Shown: positions 23,288 through 33,280 of the stretch, in pieces | Layout of the letters: each line of letters begins with the position of its first letter | Numbering within the stretch: position 1 is the first letter of the stretch | Source: Fonticula-like sp. SCN 57-25 | Lineage: Eukaryota | Reading direction: 5' to 3' | Length of the DNA: 37,419 nt | Assembly: GCA_001724245.1 (NCBI GenBank) | Contig: MEDX01000034.1 | Span: 1-37,419 of the forward strand | Position numbers and translations under genes: made by a program | Notes under the pieces: generated by a model | What the model was told of the DNA's origin: nothing | Database searches by the model: none | What the model saw: only the letters and a program-made list of their open reading frames with translations

Positions 23288-23606
23288 ATGGCGGACGCGG
23301 TCAACAAGCCGGCGGAACCTGTTGTCGTGCAGCAGGCTGCGGGCGAGCAGGAGCCTCAGCAGGACAGGGAGATTTCGCAGACAGACCATTTGAACAAGAA
23401 GCTGCTGGTCAGCTTGCTCAATAGCTCGCGTGCTGACGGTACGCGTCTCGTGTGCAATTGCCTCGGCGCAGCTTTAAGCATGTGTGCTGACGCTCGCCTT
23501 GTGTTCTTCAATATCCCGCAATGTGTTACTAGACGTCATCGCCAAGTTTGCGGCGTTTGCGGGCGACGGCGACTCGGACGATGAGGGGCAAGAATGGCAG
23601 GCCTGA
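23288..23606 (+). CDS. Small acidic hypothetical protein (74 aa, 2 exons)
   Basis: Exons 23288-23438 and 23533-23606 splice in frame (225 nt): MADAVNKPAEP...REISQTDHLNKKLLVSLLNSSRADDVIAKFAAFAGDGDSDDEGQEWQA*. Confidence 0.75.
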
Positions 23607-24015
23607 TCTGATCGCCTTTCTTTGTCATGTCTTTTGTGGCGCTATCAATTTCGATTGTGATTCTTAGGATATTATTGCATTCGTTTGTACAAAAGGAAAA
23701 TTAATGTCAAACGCGAGACGCGAGCATGGAAGATACGGCAAGCACGATACAATCAGCGCGCAAAAGAAAGGGTATTATAGAATAATGTATATCACTCAAT
23801 TGCTTCAAAAAACATGAAGCGGTTCTAGAAATGCCGAGGGCAAAATCGCAGTGGAAGGGCGCACGCCGCAACAAAAACACTACACATTCATACAGGCGAG
23901 TGGCGCAAGCCATCAGGCGAAAAAGTAAAACAAAGCAAAGCAACAACGTCTAGAGAGCAAGCACAATGCCAGCGATAGCATTCGAAATAAAAAAGATAAC
24001 AGGTCGACGGCCGCC

Positions 24016-27000
24016 CTAGTGCGCCGAGCTTTCGGTGTGCCTCCTCGTCATAAAGGTCCGCAGGGTCTGCCTTGCGAGGTGTCTCTGGCGCTCCGCGAGC
24101 TCGATCCTGAGCATCTCGAGCTGCCTCGTGAGCATGACCGTGACAGACTGCGACGACTCGAGCTGGAGCCTGAGCTTTCCGAGCTCTGCGCGCTCGTTTG
24201 TGTCGGGCGACTCGTCGAGCGAGAGGGTGCGCAGGCGCGGGAACCACTCGAGGTTCTCGCTCGCGATGAGGTCCGCGACGTACGTCTCGGGCCCCGTGTA
24301 CTCTGTGGGGTCCTTGCACCTGAGGTGGACGATAAAGTAGAGGTAGTGCCAGAGGTTGTGCTCGGACTGCGTGTGCATCTCAAAGGTGGTCGAGCGGTTC
24401 TCAAAGGCCGAGCGGTCCAGGCCGCAAATGAAGCAGGTGTTGCGGCGGTTCTCCTCCTTTTCATTCTTTTCCGCGCGCAGGTCGGCGAACGTGTCAATGA
24501 TCACACCAAAAATGAGGTTAAGGACGATAATGATCACGATGAAGAAGAAGGAAAGGTCAAAGATGACGCGCGTCACAAAGAGCGGCTCGCTCACCGACTT
24601 TTGCTTGAGGACGTCGCCAATGCCGCCGCCGTTGCGCAGACCGAGATTCAGCGTTGTCACAAGGCACATTATAAGCGAGTCGCAGGAGCGCTCGTCGTCG
24701 CCGTTCACTTCCACGAGGAAATCGTCGCGAAGGATAAGGAAACCAATCACCGAAAACATGTAGATAATGATCAGGCCAAAAACGGCCGTCATAAAGATCG
24801 ACTTGCCGTTCCTCGTCACCGACCGAATCACGTTCCGCAGCGTGTCGTCGCGGACAACAACGTCAAAGAGCAGCGGCGCATGGAAGAGCGGGTTCACAAA
24901 CACGGCGAGCATGCAGCATAAAAAGTACCCAACATAGTACACGGGCAGGAGGTCTTCCCACAAATGCCCTTTTCGCAGCAGCAGCAGGCCATAGTTGCCA
25001 AAGTAACTCACAAGGATCACGAGCGCGCTCGCAATCTGGACGAGGCCGAGGGCAAAGATCAAGCCGGCTGAAATCGTATCAAACCACGACTCCTCCCAAT
25101 CGAACGGATACGTGGCCGCAATCAGCACGTTGATCATAAGGGTCAGGAGGAACGACACCTGCTTCCACTGCATCATGTGCTGCGTGAACCAGTAGAGGCG
25201 CTCCTGCGAACGGAGGAGGTTCTGCCAGAGCATCTCGTGGTACAGGCCGTCCACGCGGCTGAAAAAGTCGGGTACCTTGGAGCCTTGGTCGTCGCGTGCG
25301 GTGTTAATCTCCACATCCAGCCGCGACTCGTCGGTAAGGTACTTGCACACGGCCGGCTTGGAGTAGTAGAGCACCTGCAGCTGGCCCTCGCGGACAATCT
25401 CAACGGACCCAGTGTTGGCGCGCAGCTGCTGGATCGTCGGGTCCGGCTGGTCGAGCTGGCTTGCGAGCGCGGCATTGGCGCCCGACAGCTGGTGCAGGAG
25501 AATGTACGTGCTGCTGCTCACTTCCAGCGCGAGCGGCGAGATATGCTGGCCAACATCAGAGTACGCGAGCAGCTGGCGGTGCGCGCTCTTGAGCGTCTTG
25601 AGCAGCTGCAGCGTGTCCATGCTGATAATCAGCTTCTCGGCAACCACGTCCGTCTGGCGGCTCTCCAAAAGACTCAGCAAAAAGGTGACGAAATTGCGCT
25701 TGAGGTTGAGTGCGGCTTCGGCGCGCTCCGCGGCGTTCACGCCAAAGGAGCGCTCCATCGACAGCACGCCGTGCGCGAGCTCAAACGTGTGCGCATCGTG
25801 CGTCGCGACGCACAGCTGGTTGTCCTTGTTGGGCCCCTGGCAAAACTCTGTCAAAGAAATGATGCACTGGTTGAGCAGGCCAAGGCGCGCTTCCTGCGAG
25901 AGGCAGCCCTGCACGCTGTACGTGCCGGACGGCGTCAGGCAAAGGCAGTCCATGTAGTCCTGCGTCAGCTGAACAATGTTGTTGCGCCGCATCAGGTTCT
26001 GCAGGTCGTTGTGGTGGTGCTCGCACATGAGCTGCGCCAGCCGCATAATGTTCTGAATGACCTTAAAGTCGCCGTCCTGCGGCGAGTTGCGCGTGTGACG
26101 ATAGCGATCAGTATAGTTGCGCGACATGCCGTAGACGTCGAGCTCTTCCATCGACTCTTCAATGCGGATCACCAGCGCCTTGAAAAAGGGCACCTCGACT
26201 TCGGGCGTGCGAACGCGCTCGTACAGCGCCGCCTGCACGTCGCGATTGCCGCCGTCGAGAAGCGCCACGCACAGACTGACCGTCTCATTGTACTCGACGG
26301 TCGGCAGCGCATTGTCCTCGCGGGCAGCCAGCAGCATCAGGTCGACCAACAGGTTCGTCAGGCCGCACTTGTTCAGCTCATTCTGGATCTCGACGCGCTC
26401 ATCGGCCTTGCGCTCAAGCACCTCTTCAATACCGTTCTCGAAATGCTTTACAAGTTCGCGCTGGGAAAGCGCAGTGCCCTCGCGGGCAATGGTCGGAGGC
26501 GAGAGCATGTCGTTGAAGAGGCGCAAGAAGGGCAGGCGCATCTTTTCGCCGTTAGAGGACCGCAAATGGTCAATGATGCGCGTGAGGAGCGCCTCGGAAG
26601 ACTGGCTCGCGTCACGCCGATTGAACGCCTGAAGCAGGTCAACGCGCTGAAGAACAGTCACAAGAGCGTGGCGCTCGGCCTGAATCATCGGCTCATTGTC
26701 GCGCTCCAGAACGTCCCTAAAGTCCTGCATCGACGAGGAGATCACGCGAATCTTTTCCAGCTACATGGCCGTGAGCAAAAACATAAAAAAAAACAAGCCA
26801 CGTACATGCGAGTCGACCGACGGGCGCCGCGAAATGATTCCCTTTTTGTTGCGCACGTTCTCCAAAAAGTTGTTGATGGCCTTGTTCGCAACGCGCCGCT
26901 TGGACAGGTACGCCGGGACTTCCATGCCGAGCGTGTGGTTCATCGGCAGGCGTCGCTCGAGGAAAGCGTTGTACATTGCCTGCACGGCGGCCTCGAGCGC

Positions 27001-30000
27001 CGACTTTGCACGCACATGGAGCCACCTGCAGTACGAGAGGCGGAAAAGAGCGCTGAAAAACTCCATAAAGCTCTTGTGCTGGGCCGATCCCGGGAGGATT
27101 CGCACGGGGTTTGTCGGGTTGGTCAGGATGAACTGGATGGCGCGCGTCATTGTCTGGGCGCAGTACTCGGTGAGCTCCTTGACCGACTCGCCAAAGTTGT
27201 TCTGGTGGACTATGTCGAGGTCCTTCATGAATGACTCTATGAGCGTCCAGAGCAGGGGGCTCGCGCCGAGCTCGCGCGTGTCGGTCTCCGCAACAATGTA
27301 CACGTTGGTGAGGAACTTTACATAGGCGTCCTTGACTTCGACAACCGTGCTCGGGTGGATGATGGTGCGGACAACGTCCTCGAGGGTCAGCATGCCCTGG
27401 CACTTTATCTGCGCGAAAGCGTTCCGGCCTTCAGAGCACTCGGCCAGCAAGTGAATCATATTGACGTGGAAGGCAAGCTCGCCCTCATCGGCGGGTTCGC
27501 TCGAGTGCATGATCTTGATCAGTGACTGGAACGACACGTCATCATTGTAGAGCTGCAGCACGTTGTGGTCCGCCATGGCGAGCGCGTTAAGAACAACGTC
27601 CTGGTTCTTTCTGTTCGGCGCGTCGTTCACGGTCACCAGGCTGCGAAGGAACCGCACGTACGAGACGTGGCGGCCATGGCGCTCGATGGCGTTCACAAAG
27701 TACGTGATGACAGTGTCGGAAACAAGGCTGCACAGGTGCGCATTGCCGCCGAAAATGCTCAGAATCGTGTCGGCGGCGTAGCGGTGGATGCGCATTTCCT
27801 CCAGGATAAACTGGATTTCGCCGTGCAGGAGCTTTTGGTTCTCGTCGTTGTTGCGGCAGAACTGCTGCAAAAAGGTGTGCGACAGCTTGTACACCGCCGA
27901 AACGTCCACCTTCTTGAGCGGTCGAATGTGACGCAGCCACGAAAGAACCTGCACGTGCGCTCCAAGATACCGCGACAGCCGCTGTGACTCCTTGTTGACG
28001 CGCATCTCAGTCGACCCATGGCCCGTGGGCGTGCTGGCGCCAGAGGAGAACGTGGCGTTGCAGAGCTTCCGAAGCGACTGGGCCGCCACCGTCATGTTGA
28101 ATTGCGGCGGCGGCTCCTCGAGGTTATCAAGATTAAAGTGCGATGCGGACACGGTTGACTGCAGACGAGGAATGTTTTCCGGAGAATTGCGCGGCGGCGT
28201 CCCGTCCTCGCTCGCAAAGCGCGCAACAGGAAGCGACGATCCCGAGCTCTGCCGACGCAAAAACTTTGGCGAGGACGGCTGGCTTGCCTGACTCGCCGAG
28301 GCAACCGAGCTGTCGCCGTCGGACATGTTTGACGTCGAGCGCCGATGCGTCTTGTGCTGCTTCTTGAGCAAGCGCAGCTGAACAACGCGCTCGGCCTTGC
28401 TGTCCACGACGAGGCGAAGCGTGTCAACGGCATCCTTGATCTGCATGTAGTGGTCGATGTCTTCGTTTGACACGAGCAGCTGAATCTGCTTCAGGACGCG
28501 CGTAACCTCGGCGTGCTGACCAAAGTGGCGCAGAAGTAGCTGCATGGCGGACGACACCAGCGGCGGGTGGTTGATCGACACGAGGCTCAGCAGAATGCGG
28601 ACAAACTCGGTTCCGCCCTGACCGTCAAAGTCGAGCTCCGAGGCGTGCTCGTAAAAGTTGATCAACGAAAGATCAATATCCTGCTCCTTTTCATCGTTGC
28701 CGCCATTCATCTGCTGCCCCAAGACGTGCTTGCGATACTTTACAGCAAGTTAGAATAGCCACAATAAAAGACGAGCATCGGCGTACCAGCTGATCGATGG
28801 ACTTTAGCGACTCGGTCCAGAAGGAGCCAATCTGAAGCTCATCCATCAATTGGTCCAGGGACAGCGCATTGGTCCTCGCGTGCGCAATCACCTTACCGGG
28901 CGACGATTTCGAAACCCTGCCGGGCGACAAACGCGACTTAATCATATCCGCCGACGAAGTGCGCGACTCGGGCAGCACCTTGCCCGACTCTACCGCTTCG
29001 ACAAAGGCCTTTTCCTGGCCGCGTCCCTTGAGGACGGCCTCTGAAGGCTTCTTCCAAGCCATCCCCAGCACCGGGTGCGGCGTTTTCAAAGGGGCCGGAA
29101 TCGTCGCTTGTGAGGGACCGCTAGCGGCAGGCGTGGCGTCCGAGGGAGCGGGCGTGGCAGGCACAGAAACGTCTATAGTGAGGGGCGCCGGCGACCCAGG
29201 CGCGCTCGGTGCGGCAGCGGAAGCGAGCGCAGGAGCGGGTGTACTCGCCACCGGTGTTGCCGCCGCCGGTGTCGTTGCCGCCGGTGTCGTCGCCGACGAC
29301 GTCGTTGTAACCGTCGGGTTGAAATTCGCCAGCAGCTTGAGATTCGAGCCGCCGCGCTTCACCGAGCCCGGCTGCGGCGGAGACGGCTCGATGCGCCTCT
29401 TGAACAGGACGAGCAGCTGGGAGACGCGGTAGTCGAGACGCAAATCCGTGACAAATTCAACGATCTGAAGCACACGGGTCTTGATGTCCAGGACGATCGG
29501 AGAAACAACGTCAAACGGTCCGCTGCGCGTCGAGCCGCGAGGGGTCGCCGCCCCGCGGCCGCCATCGGAAAGAGTCGAATCGTCAAGGAGCGCCAGGAGA
29601 GTATCCATGAGCTTCATGAGCTCGGAAAACGAAAAGAAGCCAAAGCAGATAAGGTGACGCAGCATCTAAAGGCACACATTCAGCAAAGAGGCAAAACAAA
29701 AAAAAGGAAAAAAAAGCGTACCAGAACAATCTCCAACGTAAAGTAATTCATCTGCGGGTCGTCGATGCAATCTTGGTCGGGTTGGCAGACATTCACCAAG
29801 TACTGCACGACAACCTCCTTGAGCGGTGTAAAGCGCGGCAAGTCATCGGGCCCGGTATCGTCTCCGGCAAACATAGAGTACGTCTCGGGCGAGATGCTCT
29901 GCTTGATATCCGACCACATGCGGGCGTACTTGATGGGCGGGACCAGCTCGTGCGGATCGCAGTTGACGTGGATGTACGTCACAAGGCTAAGGGAAATGTC

Positions 30001-32852
30001 AGCGGACCATATCGATGCAAACGACAGCGTACCGAGCAAAGGAAGCGCGCAGGCTGTAAGAGTAGTGCTCCTTGAATGCGCACTCGAGTAGCAATTCAAG
30101 CGGGATCTTGTGCTGCAGCGCGGTGATCGAGGTGTACTGCCTGTCCAGGCAGATCTGGGCAAACAGATCCAGCTGCGCCTGAAAGTACTTTAGCGCGTGT
30201 GCGCTTTCTGACGTTTCCGACTTTCCTGCCTCCTCAACTACCTGCTCAAACGGAACGCTCATCACTACAGCGACGAAAAGAGCGTTAGATTATGAACAAG
30301 CAAGCAAAAATGCAACGTACGGTTACCGTCGACATTCTTCCACAGCAGGTGAATCACGCCGTGCACGCGCTCGATTGACATGAGAATGTCTGCGTTGCGC
30401 TCCGACATGAGCGCCGAGCAGATGAGCTCTTGCGTGTTGGCGACGGCGAGGCCGTTGGCGGAGCAAAGATCCGTCAGGTACCTAAAGTACTGCGACTCGT
30501 GGTTCTTGCGGATGAGATTGATAAACGACTCGATCTCGCGCGCGCCAATGTTGCTCTCGAGCAACTTGCGGTTATTGTGCACGAGCGCCGTGAGCGTCTC
30601 CTCGGCGAGCAGCTGGTATCCAATCTGGAGCTGCATGAAGCCAAACCAGTGCGCAATGTGCTCCTGGTTCTTGCGGTAGTCGCGCTGCGAGTGCCGCAGT
30701 AGGCGGTAGCACAACTGGCAGATTGTCCGGATAGACGTATGCTCGATATTCTCAACCTCGGAAAGCTGAAGCAGCGTCCCGGAACACCCCTACAACGTCG
30801 AGGTAAGCAAGGTTTAAAGGACTGAGGATGGGTGCGCACGGGGTCGGAAAACGGCGCCTTGAGAATGTTAAACACCTCGTCTAGAATATTCTGCTCGCGC
30901 AAAACTTTTTGGCGATTGCGATCGGGAGTGCCCTCGCACAGCAGCGCAGAGTTGACCGTGCTGTCTAGGCGAAGCGCAAAAAAGATGAGATCAGAAAGAA
31001 TTTTAGTCGCCAACTTGAGCTCTAAAGATGAAACGCTCCCTATCAAAAGTGTTAGCCACGGCGTCGCAGCATGGCAAGCAAAACGTACCCTTGGCCAGCT
31101 TGATCGCAAATTGTGAAAGGAAAATGTACGCGTCGTTGGCAAAGTCGAGGTCGCGCACTTCCTCAGAGGTGACAGGGTGCATGGCGTATGCCTCGCGGTC
31201 GTCCTTGAGCTGCGCGGCGCCAACCTTGATCATGATCGGCTTATCCCTGTCCTTGTCCACAAGGATCCGCGTGCTATGCAGCCACGCGTCGTGGTAAAAC
31301 TGCCGCAGGCGAACAAACGCATGCTGCGGCACTTCCTCTTCCGGCTGGCAGATCACCGTCGGATCAAGCTCAAACGTGGCGTGCGGGTCATTCGCATCCA
31401 CCGTAGTCACCACATGGTACGCTAAGGCGGCGCGAAAGAGCATGAGAAAGGGAACGTGGCCTAATAGAATTGCACAAAAAGGAGACGTACAGGGACTGCC
31501 GAGCGTGAGCTTTGAGCGAAGCGAGTCTGGCGTCGGGTCATCGTCGGGGGCGACGCTCAGGTAGTGGCCGCTGGCAAGGTGCTTGAAGCGATACAGGCTT
31601 TTCCAGAGCCCAATTCCACCGCGACATGGGTTATCTACATCAAGGTTACACTTTTGCCCACTTGACAAACCCGCGCGTACCATTGATGATCTCCACCTCC
31701 CACAGGCCCTGCGACGTGGTCGCATCCGCCTTGGTGGAACGCCCAGTCTCGCGAAGGAATACGCGCAGGTCGTCCTTGTACGGCTCGCACGTCAAATACT
31801 ACACCGCTAGTGCGTCAGTATCGCGCGCTGCCTTTCCAAATGGAGTGTACCTTCTCCTGCTCGGCATGATAAAGGCGGATGACGTCACCGCCCTTGAGCA
31901 CCTTGTCCGCATTCGGGTGGTACTCTAGGAACAGGTTGACCTTCCACGGCGTCATTTGCGACGCCGCGTTAACCTCAAACGACTCTTCGTCGTCCTGAAG
32001 CTTGAACGGGCTGGCGTGGAGAAAGAGCTGTACGGTCGTCGACGAAAAGTACACCTGGTCGCCAACCATCACCTGATCGCCGTTGCTGCGCAGCTTGTAC
32101 ACGGGCGTCATGGTGAACCAGCACCCCTGCAGATAACGCGTTAGGCCAATCGAGGACACATTAAGAAGAGGTGCGCGCCTCGGATCCCATGTCGTCAAGC
32201 GTGACGCGGAGCGTGTTCTTCTCCACAAACGCCGGAAGACGGCGAGCGACATTTACAAATTTGTTGCTCTTGGTGTGCAACAGCTGAATCTGCTGGCCAT
32301 ACTGCACGACAGTGCCAAAGAGGCGACGATCGTCCTCCTCATTCAACTTTCGCTCTTGGTCGGCCGCATTCTGGATGTCCAGGAAAAGAGTTAGGGCAAC
32401 CGAAGAGCATCAAGGGACAAACATACGTAGAGCTTTTGCAAGTTGACAATGTCGGACACTTTGTTCATAACCGACCGCGACGCAATGTATTGGTTCTGCG
32501 CATTATACCGATGCATCGGGTACACGCGAAATTGACAATCTGGGCGGCGTCGGTCAGCGGTCAGGGGGTGGGGTCAATAGGCGTACCGCGAAACTTTCTA
32601 GGAATCTTTCTAAGGTCTCCCGCCGACGGCTGAATTATACAGCGGTTGTCGATGAGGCTGTTGCCACAGAGCGTCAGAACCAGGCAATCAACAAGATTGC
32701 TCGTACCCCAAGGTGCTCAGGAAGCCCTGCATTTCGTCCCCATCGGCGTAGAGCGAGATGACATCGCCCAGGCGCAGGGGACGCAGCGCAGCATTGCTGT
32801 GTGACGCCAGCCTGCTGTCGGCGAGGCCTCCTCCTCCTGACAGCAGATCCAT
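24016..32852 (-). CDS. ITPR: Inositol 1,4,5-trisphosphate receptor (IP3-gated ER Ca2+ channel)
   Basis: Suppressor domain LRLGDVISLYA...GFLSTLG|LIDNRC, MIR repeats, IP3-binding core (RLYHAEQEK, LRETGR, RQKVLREQ, DYRKNQ), RIH domains, SLTEFCQGP, six TMs, pore GLRNGGGIGD, gate VLNLIFGVIIDTFADLR, C2H2 CFICG...H...H, C-terminal coiled coil. Many short introns. Confidence 0.97.
29251..29295. repeat. Imperfect 15-bp tandem repeat x3 encoding ATTPA-like units in an IP3R low-complexity insert
   Basis: ccggtgttgccgccg / ccggtgtcgttgccg / ccggtgtcgtcgccg. Confidence 0.7.
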
Positions 32853-33280
32853 GGTTCTTCTACCCTCGGCTGCCGTCCTGCGAAGCTGCCAAGAGTGTCT
32901 CTTGGGCACCCCCTACCAGAGGCTTTCCGACGCTTCTCGTGGCTTGGGCGCAAAACAAGACCACGCTATAAACCGCTCTCAACGCGTTCGACTGGGGCCA
33001 AGTGCCTACCCGCTGCCAGCGCACGCAGAGACCGGCCACCAAGCCGTAAGATGTCGCAGAGCAACGCCTTTCAGTGCCCGCCCCTTTTTGACGCGCAAAA
33101 AGAAGATCCGCAAACCACAGTGCTGTGACAATGCTGAGACATATCATGTTTTGGAAACCAGCCAATCACAACGCGATTCGAGGTATCACTCACACGACTT
33201 CTGTGCCCAAGCCCAGCCCAGTGCAGCGGTCGGTGCACCTGCCTGGATCTTGGATCCGCGCCCCGTGGGTCGCCGCCGCC
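32853..33280. promoter_or_regulatory. Putative bidirectional promoter shared by IP3R and PLC
   Basis: 428 bp between divergent ATGs. Contains TATAAA (32967-32972), GCCAATCA (33161-33168) and a perfect Kozak GCCGCCGCC before the ATG at 33281. Confidence 0.55.

Noticed and set aside
25177-27234. 685-aa + strand ORF (also 24019-24921, 15724-16707, 10019-10801, 21391-22125)
   Set aside because: Antisense shadows of real genes (IP3R, SUN, septin, PHD). GC-rich codon usage depletes stops on the opposite strand, and the translations show no domain features.
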